From positions 1-64,000 of the forward strand of contig JAPETS010000027.1 of the NCBI GenBank assembly GCA_026023565.1: 64,000 bases of DNA, given 5' to 3'. Both the position numbers and the translations under genes were made by a program. Shown one piece after another: positions 14,351-25,739 of the stretch (positions within the stretch are counted from its first letter, which is position 1; each line of letters begins with the position of its first letter). The notes under the pieces were generated by a model that saw nothing but the letters and a program-made list of their open reading frames with translations, made no database searches and was not told the origin of the DNA. This DNA comes from Cirrosporium novae-zelandiae. Taxonomy: Eukaryota.

Positions 14351-14748
14351 ATTAGCTTTCCCCATATATCTCCAGTCCTTCTAATTAAGAAGGTTCCTGA
14401 ACATCGCCACCTCGAATAAACACCTTAAGAGATAGGAGTCTTTCCCCTGTCTCAGATCTAGTATTATATATAATTTCAAGTGAAAAGTTTCTTGATTATT
14501 AGGGAATACGTCGGGATTTGAGCTGGTATTCCTTGGTACTCACTTCCCAAACACCTTGTTTATCAAGACATTTTTATGGAAAGACCAGAGGTACTTGCTT
14601 GTCCTTTCCCCCCCGAAACTCTCAGTCCTTCTATATAGTCTGTTCATACCCAGGTTCATTCAACATTCATCGAATCTTTCCTAACGCTACTTGCCAGCCT
14701 TCTGGATTATAGATATTATCTCGAGCAAGCACCGAGAAACCTGTAGCA

Positions 14749-16196
14749 ATGCAGTCTGCCTCAAAGTACGTACCTATTCTCTCTGTTTGAGCTTTAAACA
14801 AAGCTAACATGTCAGTCATTTGGTCGAGGTGGACGGCTATCACTCTGAGGGTCTGCTTGATGCTAGGGATGTTGCTTTAGTTGGAACTTCTTTACCTAAT
14901 CACGGCGGTTTCAAAGTCTATCACGCCATCCTCCATACGATACATCAGTATGGAGCAGAACTCCATGATGACTTTCCTGCTACAACGCACAAGAAAATGG
15001 TCAGACCTCTCGATGTTAGCCATCTTTGGAAACAGGTTGAGACGTCAAAGGTCCCCATGCTTGATTTCATAGCATCTGCCTTCCGGAACACAATGAAGGC
15101 GTACGTTTCGGAACATCCTATATTTCGGGATGCCCTCGACAAGATGAATAGCTTCCAATCGAATTTCAGCTTACGGACAAAAATTCCTATCAATTTTGAA
15201 TGCATCGCGATTCATATGCTTACGCAATACATGCGCCACCATTCATATGGTGCCAAAGGGTACCCTAAGACGGATGGACACTTGCATCAAGTACATAAGC
15301 TTATTGAGTGCTTTCTAGACACTCTCGAATGTTTTGTAAATGCCTGTGGTCGTCCTGTTTTTACATGCACGATTACCGCTCATAAGGGCATACCTATCGT
15401 TGCAGCTGACTGGCACCCAGCATTCCTGTCATTTCGCAACTTCCGAAGCAGGGTTAAGGAGGGAAAAGAATACTGTCTAATTCCATACTACAAGCGCCAG
15501 TTTCGTCTTGACTCTCCATGGTGTAAGACGAGCTCATCATACGAAGTTTCTATTCCCTGGCTCACGTGGGATGATGAAATTAGCGGCTTCCGAGGAACTG
15601 CTCCCATATATGGCAATACAAGGGAAACTCCTCTCCAGGTAACCGTTAAAGCCACAATCGAGGATCATTTCTCCTTCGGAATATTTGAACATTGCCACCG
15701 TGTCCGGGTTTCACTGATCATTTTGGGGGTGTACCATAGACCGCAGAGGAATAATTGGGACTATAATAGCCCGGGGACCATTGGAACCCTGGTTGATGAT
15801 TGGCAGGACCACGTTGAACCAGACACTCTTCGACAAAGCGATCATGAAACGATGGTTAGTGTTGGACAGAACCAAGTGGAACCAGACACTCCTCGACAAT
15901 ACGATAGTTCTGAGGACTCTAGCTCGAGCTTAGATTCTTTACCTAGTCCTCCCTACACGGATGAGTATGTTGATGATATGCAACCTCAAGTTGAAGCCGT
16001 GGAAGCACAAACAGAACGCGCAAGGGGTCACTTGGAGACCTTGGCTGGGATGGGCACGGAGACCATCGCTCTAGAGGATGCTGAAGAAAGTCCAAAAGAG
16101 AAGAAAAAAACGGTTCCTGAAGCAGATATTCCTTTTATACCACTACCTTCACCAGTTGCATCGGAATGCTCAAGATTCCAAGACGTGTACTCCTGA
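14749..16196 (+). CDS. Hypothetical protein with a possible cadherin/He_PIG-like Ig segment and an acidic tail
   Basis: Exon 14749-14765, intron 14766-14815 (GTACGT..GCTAAC..CAG), then a long ORF. Segment SIPWLTWDDEISGFRGTAP...LQVTVKAT. Confidence 0.7.
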
Positions 16197-17268
16197 TCTG
16201 GACACCGACGAAATATGACCTGGGTTTCTCATGGAATTCGAATGGAAGGAAATGTGTCGGGGGCCTTTTAGGAAGGATACTGAGAGTTACGGTAGTTTCG
16301 TAGACTTGGTAGAGACTTCGATAGCAGGGTCCATTAATTAGGGGGGGGGAAAGGCTTTGGGATGAAAAGTACTGTTGAGTTAAATTGTATCGAGAGAGGA
16401 GAAAGTTGATTGCTTAGCACCCCTAATAGCTAATAAATAGATTTGTTTCTCATCACATTATTGTGCGGTCCATTACGTATCCTAATTACAGACAGGCGGT
16501 TCATTAACACAGAATAACCAACAAAAAACCAAAAATCTTTAAAATCCAATATTAAAAACAGCAGAGATTGGATGGCTCACCCCTCGTCCTGTTGTTCAAA
16601 TTGCTAATTGATGATGTTGAGGAACTTGCAGAGGAAAAAAAAAAGGTTAAAATGTGAGATGGTTACTCTTTTGGGGTTATCATAAAACGAAGGCGAATCC
16701 AATTGGATAATTTATTAAATGAATAACAAGCCACATATAATTATATCTGCACCGCCACATATACAGTATCCGCCCATGCCGCCACACTTACCCGCCGGTT
16801 CCGCCACAAGACTTGATTAATTACCTAGGCACGCCACAATCCCCATGGTTGTCTGAGGGAAACGTCGACGTCATTGGCTTAGTGCTAGATTCACAACCAA
16901 AGCAAGGCAAGGCAGGTGGGCAAAAAAAAGAGGGCCATGTTTTTGGGTCTGGCGCCACGAGCCAGCGAGCGCAGCGCAGCGCGTACAGTACAGTACAAAT
17001 AAATAGTTTCAGCAGACCCTTCCACAAGAACAACCTCTGATTAACAAAACGGAAAAGCTATTTGATACCTACTACAGCCTTGAATCTTTAGTTGAGTCGA
17101 ATTATTTATTTTTACTCGTTGGGAAACTTACAGTACTTGCTGTTTGTCATTCTTGAATTATCACCTTTACGAGCCAATCGAGGAAGAAAGGAAGTGAAAG
17201 CAGTGAACAGCGAATAGACAAGACAATCTGTGATTGGAATTAGCAATAGCGACAAGCAAACAACAACA

Positions 17269-17792
17269 ATGGCAGACGCTATTCCAGCTATCCTTCTTAT
17301 TATTATTACGATTTTCTGTGAGTATTTTTTTTTTCTTTCTCCCTCTCTCTCTCAAGAGAGAGTTAATGTTAATGGAAAAAAATAATAATGGCTAACCCAT
17401 GAAATCACAATTGTTTTCTATATAGTTCCCCCCGTAGGCGTCTTCATGATCGCTGGCTGTGGAATGGACTTGTTTATTAATATCTGTCTTACTTTACTTG
17501 GGTATGTCCTGCTTTTCTCTCTCTTTTATTACTACTACTATCATCCCCCTACCACCCACCACCAACAACCCCGCGCCCAGAAAAAATATAAAAAAAACCT
17601 CTTTACTAATACTAACACTAACAACACAGCTACTTCCCCGGCCACATCCACGCCTTCTACCTCGAATATATCTACTACGACCGTCGGGAAAAGGGCCGAA
17701 TGGGCCAGCTGACGGGTAGAAGTGCCCCTGGTGTTTATTCGGAAAATGTGCAGAGAGGGGGCCTGGGGCCGACTACTTATGGGACTATTTAA
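17269..17792 (+). CDS. PMP3: Plasma membrane proteolipid Pmp3/RCI2 family
   Basis: Three exons splice to MADAIPAILLIIITIF.PPVGVFMIAGCGMDLFINICLTLLGYFPGHIHAFYLEYIYYDRRE...APGVYSENVQRGG..YGTI*. Confidence 0.9.
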
Positions 17793-18290
17793 GTGGGTGG
17801 TAGGTGGATGGGTAAGGGAAGGGGGGACGGGCGGAGTGGGGGAGGTGAGGTTTGAGGTGGGGATATGATTGCTTAGGGAGGGGGGGTTTCTTTGGTTGTT
17901 GTTGTTGTTGTTAGATGGGGAGCTATGAGTCTTGCGTGGTTCATTCTTACTTTTAGTACATGATTTCATGATTTCGGGGGATAGGACTGGATGATTTTTG
18001 AAATGAAATATTTCGCTTTTTATATATTCTTTTCCTTTTCTTTTTGTCATGTGGTGTAAGTAAGTGTTATGTAGTGTAGGGTTTTCGTCGTACCCCGGTT
18101 TCATATACGTTGTACCCGATTTGTCGGATATTCTATCCGCCAATTCTTCTCTAGAGTAGAGTAGATCGCCTAGCGAGTTTCTTAAGAAGTAAAATTGGAC
18201 GGAATCTCACCTCCTCTTAGAACAGAACAGAAAGCTACTCACTCTCTCACTCACTCACAGTTCCATTCATCCCACGCATACATACATAAC

Positions 18291-19204
18291 CTACAAAACC
18301 GGACTCGCCTCCGCAGCCTTCGTCGGCCCCCCCTCCACAACAGTCATACTCTTCTTCCCCTTCAAAGCCGGAAACCTAAACCTCTCACTCCTGCCCCCCC
18401 GAACCGCGCCCCACCGACCCCAATCCTCCCAGCTCGCCCACACCAACGCCCCAACCCACGGCTGCACGTTCCACCCAATCTCTAACGTCACGTTCGCGGT
18501 CTCGGCGATCCGTCCCGTTGGGGATGTGATTTGGTATTTTGGTTTTTGGTTGGGGAGGTGGAGGATACCTGGGTGAACGGCGGGGGCGGGGGTGGTGGAT
18601 TTTTTAGATTTAGATTTTGAGTTTTTTGATTTTTTGGAACCTGCTGGGGGGGATCTCAGGCTTGAGAGGGAGAATGGGGTTGCGGGTGCGGGGATTATTT
18701 GGTCCCAGATTATGGACTGGGAGGCGGGGGTGTTGGGGGAGGTGGAGGGGTAGTTTGCTAGGACGTAGACGAAGAGTTGTTTGGTGTTCCAGTTGAAGAG
18801 GGAGGTGAAGTCTGAGTGGGGGGGTTGGTTAGGTTAGTTGGTTCGGTGGTGGAGGATAGAGGGGGGCCGTACCAGCATCAAGGTCGAATTTTATATGTGC
18901 GTATTCTTCTTTCTTTGTGGAGTAATAGTGTGGGCGGCCTTTGATTCTGTGTAGATTTAGAGTATAATTAGCGATCTGGTTACTGTGCACCCCCAAAGAC
19001 GTATATATATCTTTTGTAATTGAAACTCCTGGCACTGGTGCTGGGGAGAATGATTGCTTACACCTGTACGTTCCGCAGCTTTAGGTCGACAGAAGGCGTC
19101 TGTGGGAACAGCACCACGGAGAATGCGGCCAGACCTGCGACGATGAAGGCCATGGTGGTGAAGTAGCCAAAGACATTTTGCACGCGCACGAGCGTCGAGT
19201 GCAT
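18291..19204 (-). CDS. SPC3: Signal peptidase complex subunit 3 (SPC22/23)
   Basis: MHSTLVRVQNVFGYFTT, IKFDLDADFTSLFNWNTKQLFVYV, IIWDQII, KPKYQI and GWNVQPWVGAL; two canonical introns. Confidence 0.93.
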
Positions 19205-20117
19205 CTTGACGGGTGTGCTGCTGTGCAGACTTTGAGGACTGCGACAGCGGAGGGAAAGGTGGATTTGGGGCGGTAGTAGTGGTGGTGGTGGTTGGAATTG
19301 GGGTTATTGTTGGTGTTGGTGTAGGTGTAGGTGGCCTTGCTTAGATCGAGGGTCCAGCAAGGTGTCCATTTTATTGTTGCGGTGCGATTGCAGCCTTTAT
19401 AGTTACACTTAAAATTGGGATGGAATTTCGATTGACTGATTGATTCAGGTAAATTATAGGATTCTTATTTAGATATCTATCAAGGCTATATTATGAGATT
19501 GTTGATTGAACCAATTCCATAATTAAAAGTACAGTACATAGATATCCAAAATGTTCATCATTCCGCTTAGCTCTACGTCGGAATCGTTTAACCTTCTCCG
19601 CAGACACCTTACAAGCTACACCTCAACACCAACAGCATTTCATAGATACATGTACTTGTATATGTCTTCTAAAAGCAGACAATGATAATCTCCATCCCAA
19701 GAAGCCGGAATAAATAAAAATCCTCGTTATCATTATGTGTATACAAGTAACCAGTTCTCACTTCTCGGCCCCCGAAGATACCTAAGTCGTCTGCCAAACA
19801 TGTTTCACAAGGAGGAGTTGAGTACATCTCTGTACATGTCTTACAGTGCAAGGACTTGGGATAGCTCCTTCCTTTTCAGTTCCCATGCTCCGCCATTTGC
19901 ATTTTTGGGAGAGGTTCGTTCAAGAACCATCCCACAAGCCTCTTATAAATAATGCTAGAGGACCATTCCCTCAGATTCATTTTGCTTCATTTCTAATATA
20001 AAAAACGTGCTGAGTTTACAACTGATGAATATTGCAATTTTAGGTCTTTATAACTAATATGCATAACTACATTAATCTGTGAATGCAAGGCTGCAGGGTA
20101 CTTGTCGAGAGAGCATC

Positions 20118-20866
20118 ATGGCTTCAACTGAGATCGAGGATGACTATTATGCTATCCTGGAGGTTTCGAATACCGCCGGCCTCGAGATTATACAGAAAAG
20201 TTACCGACAACTGGCAAAATCTATGCATCCCGACAAAAACCCAAATAACCCAGGTGCAACGGCTTCCTTCCAACGTGTAAGTCCATTCCATCCCGACTGT
20301 AGTAATCTAATACGATCGTTGACACATGTTGAAAGCTGGCAATTGCATATGACACGATAAGGGACCCCGAAAAGCAGCGTGCCTATGATCTCAAATGGAC
20401 GGTCATCAATAATAATCGGCGTACGCAGCAGGAACCAGAGGAGTGCCGGGCTGAAGCATCTAAAGCAAAACGAAAAACGGAAGCGGAAGAGGAAATGAAC
20501 AAGCGGCAGGAGCGCCTTCGCTGTTTGTCGCAGTTCAAGTCTATATGCGACAACGAAGCTTTTGAAGTTAGGCGGACGGTCGACAAACCTACAGCAGAGT
20601 TAAAGCGTCTTCAGGACCAGGATGACGAGGAGCTGAAAATGGAAAATAGTTGGAGGACATATTTTGCTTCGCTTCTTGGTGAGGTGAAGGAAACAAAGGA
20701 ACAGAAACAAAGACGGCAAACGGCACGTCTCGAGAGGCGTGCTATCAGAAGCATCAAAGAGACCCAGTTGGCGCATGAAAAGACCGACCTCCAAAGGTTT
20801 GAAGATTTGTCTTTGGAGGTAGGGTGGAATATTTTTAGTGTTATGAATAGATTGTCAGGCACATAG
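20118..20866 (+). pseudogene. DnaJ (J-domain) coiled-coil protein, apparently 3'-truncated by a MITE
   Basis: DYYAILEV...KSYRQLAKSMHPDKN (HPD motif). Intron 20277-20335, then AYDTIRDPEKQRAYD. The last ~9 codons and the stop lie inside the MITE. Confidence 0.7.
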
Positions 20867-21044
20867 GCTGCCTTATCTAATATTTTATCTAATCTAATCG
20901 AAATAGAAAGTACCAAGTATATACACATGATAGACCAAATAGACCTTGAGTAATCAAGGTCTGGTCTGGTCGGTCTAAGATCTATAGAACGGTCTGGGGT
21001 ACTGTAGCCCGTCTATTTGGTCCAGTCTATCTATTCACAACACT
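20837..21044. mobile_element. ~208-bp non-autonomous TIR element (MITE, possibly hAT-like)
   Basis: Left end AGTGTTATGAATAGAT and right end ATCTATTCACAACACT match 15/16 as inverted repeats. Internal inverted subterminal repeats TAGACCAAATAGAC (20931) and GTCTATTTGGTC (21011). Confidence 0.8.
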
Positions 21045-21444
21045 TGTATTTTATCTGGTTTGATGTCGTATTGAAGAATTGTGTCTCTTATGCATGTAGG
21101 CAATGGCTTTAGCAGTTTGTCGGGACCACTTTAGTCTGAGGCCAGGCAACATCTGGGGAGCTGGACAACACAAGTACCGTACCTGCTTAAAATTCTGTTC
21201 GGTGCATATTTTAGTCTGAAGCCCCCTAAGTGCCTCCCTAGAAATGTGATGATCCCTGGATGAGAACCTAAAATGTGGAACATCTTCTCTTCGATCTCTA
21301 ACATTGCTCCATTCTGCTCTCCCTAGAGTAGGTACTTCAAGACTGATTTGGGGTCGAGTATGCCGACAAGTCAAGGTTGACCGAGACGAGACCCAATATC
21401 CTTTCGACATCATATTGGAAATGCGGATAGATAATTTGACCCAT
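21045..21444 (-). pseudogene. Decayed Ser/Thr protein kinase fragment (N-lobe to catalytic loop)
   Basis: Translation across frameshifts gives VLKYLL*...LEIEEKMFHILGSHPGIITFLG...LKYAPN, then LRLKWSRQTAKAIAYMHKRH, then ILQYDIKPDKI. It ends at the MITE. Confidence 0.75.
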
Positions 21445-21913
21445 AACCTCCACCGGCGTCATATTTATGGTTCCTCAAAAGCCATAAAATATGCACAAAG
21501 TTACGAAGCCAAAGAGAATGACAATATGCGTGACTCCGAGACAGCGCCTGAAACGTCTTGACTGGTGGGAGAAGTGTAGATAGAAATAAGTTGTAGCTGG
21601 AGCTTGGTGGAGAGAAATATTCCCTCAGTGCTAGCTAGTCTTATTTCGGCGGCAGGTTATAACGTTCATGCAAAGAACTTGAAAGATACTTCATGAGATT
21701 TTTGGATCACCCTACAGTTTGTATTTGTCTAACCTATTATACATCGAGATGTGAAGGTTAAAGTGGATTTGATGACTCTTTGTTAACTTGTGTCACTCGT
21801 TTCGACTTTGACAATCCAAATGGTATATTCCAGGTCCACTAGGCCTTACGGCATGTAGATGTAGCCAACCACCTATTCAATCACGATGGAAAAATAAAAA
21901 AATAAAATAAAAA

Positions 21914-22032
21914 ACATACAACAGCAGGTATTCGCTGGTCGTCACCGACCCAACTACTAACCTGCCGGTCTCGAGTTTATGTATGGCAGAGCGGACGGGA
22001 TGCCCAGTTCTCTTGAGCCTATGGTCGTATGT
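21914..22032 (-). rRNA. 5S rRNA, dispersed copy
   Basis: 119 nt, ACATACGACCATAGG...CCCGTCCGCTCTGCC...GTTAGTAGTTGGGTCGGTGACGACCAGCGAATAC...TGTTGTATGT. It is followed by a T-run Pol III terminator, with a TATA-like ATATATAT about 25-30 nt upstream. Confidence 0.97.
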
Positions 22033-22312
22033 GACCTTGTAGTGGAGATGTTGGATATATATATTGACAGCGTGAGGTGTCGTGTTGAGGAAACCCCTGG
22101 AAGAAGCCACCAAGAAACTCGGCCGAGAACGCGGAGAGCCGATTGGTATTAGGAATGATATCCTGGGGCGCGATGGATTCTAGGCAACATTTAAGTCTAC
22201 AGCCTCACAAGGCTGACTGATAGTAACACCATATTTTACCTACCCAATAACAGTACAATTCCAATTATGAAAATGTCTTTGCAATTTCAATTCCATTTCA
22301 TCCTCAATCATA

Positions 22313-22861
22313 ATGTCGACCTCCGCTTCTACCTCCATCTCTGTGGCCGCAACTCCTCCCCTCACGGCCTTTATATCTGGCCCCGTTGAACCCTCCCCGG
22401 AGTACTTGGCTACGTACTATGCCCCCCGTCTTCTCAAAGCCATTTCAGAGGACCACAAATTTGTAATGGGTCCCGCTCCGGGAATCGACCGCGAGGCTCT
22501 CTCTTTCCTCCTCTTGCACAACGTCCCTCCCGAAAATATGACCGTCTATCTAACGGAGTACGAATCTAAGCGCAATGAGTATCGCTCTGGACCTGAGGCT
22601 GTCGGTGTGAATATCAAAGTTGCAGGTATCACGGTGAGCGAAAGGGATTCGGAGATGACGAGAGTGAGTGATTATGATATTTTGAGGTATCGGACCCAGG
22701 AAGAGAGTAAAGCTTTGTATGGGGCATTTTGGACCCCCGGACACGTGACGGAGACAGAGAGGAATGAGAGGAGGAGGATAATGGTAAAAGAGAGGGAGAG
22801 GGAAAAGGAGAAGGAGGAAGAGGTGGGAGAGAAGAAGAAGAGAAAGTGGAAACAAATGTGA
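22313..22861 (+). CDS. Intronless hypothetical protein, tentative SLOG-like Rossmannoid fold
   Basis: 182-aa ORF with AFISGP, FVMGPAPGIDREAL, ERDSEMTRVSDYDI and a basic/acidic tail. Confidence 0.75.
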   Translation: MSTSASTSISVAATPPLTAFISGPVEPSPEYLATYYAPRLLKAISEDHKFVMGPAPGIDREALSFLLLHNVPPENMTVYLTEYESKRNEYRSGPEAVGVNIKVAGITVSERDSEMTRVSDYDILRYRTQEESKALYGAFWTPGHVTETERNERRRIMVKEREREKEKEEEVGEKKKRKWKQM

Positions 22862-23913
22862 ATGTCTTAGGAGATAAACCGGTTTTACTTATACCCGTCT
22901 CAACGTGTTCCAACCCCAATTATAGGAGGTCTATAACTGGAAACATTTCCAAGCGCCAAAGTTGATGGGTTAACCTATAGTCCTTATCAGTTCTAGAACA
23001 TCTGCATCAGCTGCTAAAGATCTCGAAAATAACAAACCTGGTCCAAAAAGACAAGACAAATGATTGTTGACTAGAAAAAAAAGTGAAAACGCCAATACCT
23101 ACTGAATGTAATAGTGGAAGAGAATTGGCATTGGCGAAAAGTAAGGCAGTATTTACTAATACCTTAATCCTATGTTTCTAGTACCAAGAAGCGAAAAACG
23201 TGATTTGATTCTATTCCAAAAGCTTCAAATATATTCCCAACGGTAAGATCTTCTTGGCTAGAGTTAAGATCCCATGAACATGACGAGAACGAGCATTACT
23301 AGGAACATCAGTCATGGGTAATCTGAGAGGGCTGCAAATAATGGAGATTAACGAGCCTTACGTTTCCGGGGCGGGCAGTATTGCATGAGGGTGAGCATTA
23401 TAGAATTTTGAAGGTCGGTTTGAAGGATCAATAGACGGAAAGTATTATTATTCATTGGTCATCTGGATTTGAAGATGGGATCCCTATGGCTATTCTTTTA
23501 ACCAAGGGATAGAGATGGACTTCAGCTTTCCGACCACTTAGGAGCTTAACAATAAAAAGAAACGTTGATTGGATCTCCAAGTGAGCATTTGCACTACACA
23601 GTCGAACAAAGAATCTATAGCAACACCCCCGTTGTTTCTCACGTCTTTCAAGTCAATGCCATTAGATACACAAAGGGCCGAATAACAACCGCTCTATTCC
23701 TCTTTAACGGTATTGTCTCTTGCTAAAAATATCCCTTTGTTTTTCAACAATGGTGTTGTTAAATGGGCAACCACAGTAGTATATAATAGCCCTTGTTATT
23801 CGAAATTTCTAATTACCTAGGCACTCACTGAATTTTTGCCTAAGAATTTTGATTTGGAATTACTACCAAACTAAGACGCTTAGGGTCAAAGATTCCTTAT
23901 CCATCCACCAAAA

Positions 23914-25164
23914 ATGGCCTGCGATAATAACCGACCAGCCACTCCACGGTCAGTATGGCAGACAGAGGATACATTTTACTGTTTTCCACCGGCGCATATC
24001 CACGCTCTCAAGTGTGGTCATGTGATAAGAACTGGTAAGGGAGCCTGCAGCTTCGCATGTCAAACCCCTATAAACCCCGAGCCTCAACTTTGCCCAATCT
24101 GCCCAATCTGCCACTCTGATTTCCAACTTTATCGGCGACGTTCTAATCAGACCCCTAACCGGGAATCCTGCCAGGTCCCCTGTCAGTTGTCTAAAAGAAT
24201 CAAGTCAAGGGTCCGACAGTTCTTTTCAAGGAATTTGAAGAAACGCCGAGCACAGAAAAAGCATTTTCGGATATCCAAACCCTTACAAGCTTTCCAAGAG
24301 GTAAGTGCGGCCCAGAACTCGCAGCAAGGCCATACGGGAGAACACTCTAGCCAACACTTTCCGTACAGAGTGCAATCTCAGGTTCACGCAGCACCTCAAA
24401 ATGAGACTCGCATATCATATAGGCTGCCCGAAATCCCGCTGGACGTAGATACCCGACTGCGGTTGGGACGTTCGCAAGACATAGAGCAGCTAACCACGCC
24501 GAACACTTGTCAAAATCAGCCCCGCACGTCTCCAGCAGCTTCGGATGTGACTTCAAATGTAGCTATCCAAGTTCGTTTATCATGGGAAATTGAAACTCTT
24601 TTGTCTCCCAGCCAATCGCAAGCCTCCTTGAGTATAAACCTTGGTTATACAAGAACTTCTCAGGGCCGGGAAGAGCTTAAGGATAATGTTTCGTTTCCGA
24701 TCCCCGAAACGACACCTATATCTAGCCCAGTAGCTTCAGATGCAGCCATTCAAAATCGCCTATCAGCGGAAATTGAATCTCTTTTGTCTCCAGGGCTACC
24801 GCAAGTCCCCTCAAGTCCAGATCTTAGTAACCTAGGGATCTTGCAAGAAGCCGAAGAAACCGAGGAGAATTTCTATAGAATTTCGAAGGCAACCCCTGCA
24901 TTTTGCTCAGCATCACAGGCCACAAGGCCCTTGTCTATTTGGCAGTCAAAAGTTAGTGCTGCCGACATGAAAGCCATAAAATGGTGTCAAGAGCAAGAGG
25001 CGAAGACCATTTACAAGCCTTATAGGCCTAAGGAGCGTAGACCCCCTCTTACCATGATGACTCCTCCCCAGTTTCGAGATATTGACTATCACAGGCACGT
25101 AGAGAACGGTCCTTATGACGACGATGCGGTTAGTCCTTTGACCCGAAATTTTTTCCAGAGTTGA
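23914..25164 (+). CDS. Orphan protein with a Cys/His-rich N-terminus and an internal duplication
   Basis: 416-aa intronless ORF with an AAAATGG start context. LKCGH...CSFAC...CPICPICH. Repeat AIQVRLSWEIETLLSP / AIQNRLSAEIESLLSP. Confidence 0.65.
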   Translation: MACDNNRPATPRSVWQTEDTFYCFPPAHIHALKCGHVIRTGKGACSFACQTPINPEPQLCPICPICHSDFQLYRRRSNQTPNRESCQVPCQLSKRIKSRVRQFFSRNLKKRRAQKKHFRISKPLQAFQEVSAAQNSQQGHTGEHSSQHFPYRVQSQVHAAPQNETRISYRLPEIPLDVDTRLRLGRSQDIEQLTTPNTCQNQPRTSPAASDVTSNVAIQVRLSWEIETLLSPSQSQASLSINLGYTRTSQGREELKDNVSFPIPETTPISSPVASDAAIQNRLSAEIESLLSPGLPQVPSSPDLSNLGILQEAEETEENFYRISKATPAFCSASQATRPLSIWQSKVSAADMKAIKWCQEQEAKTIYKPYRPKERRPPLTMMTPPQFRDIDYHRHVENGPYDDDAVSPLTRNFFQS

Positions 25165-25739
25165 TAAAAAAATTAAATTGAAAAAAAGAAAACTAAATCA
25201 CCATTCCATTAGAAACCCCGCTAAGTAGGTATTTTGTAAACATTATGTAGATATTAGATGATGTAGTACTCCCTTTTGAGTTACACACTGCACCATACCC
25301 AACAATATACAACACTAGGCTACTCAGTAACCCAGTCACCTTTTGATAACTCAACACTCCCTAAATAGCCAACTTCATCAACTTTTGAATTAAGTTTTCC
25401 ATTCCATGTCTTTTGACTTCCGGTTTGCTTTACAGTGGCAATCAGCAAATAAATCGTACGTATATATTACTCATATTTTTACCATTCCATATAGTATAGT
25501 TATTGGGTGTTCGGTATTGAGTCGAACCCGCAAGGTACACACATGCAGTCAACCCCTGACTCTCGGTCCTTCGGTCCTTCCAGCAATACGGCATCGATCA
25601 AACTTATTCTATTCAAACTTTTTGTATAGGCTTTGTCCGAGCTTGGTTAATTCCATTTTTTGTCCATTATATAAAGCACAGCTATGTACCTACATTCCCT
25701 AGTTCTCTATACACTAGGCTTGGGCTTTTCCCTATCATC

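Noticed and set aside
17541..18143. 200-aa minus-strand ORF
   Set aside because: It is antisense to PMP3 and its G-rich 3' UTR, and is a low-complexity artefact.
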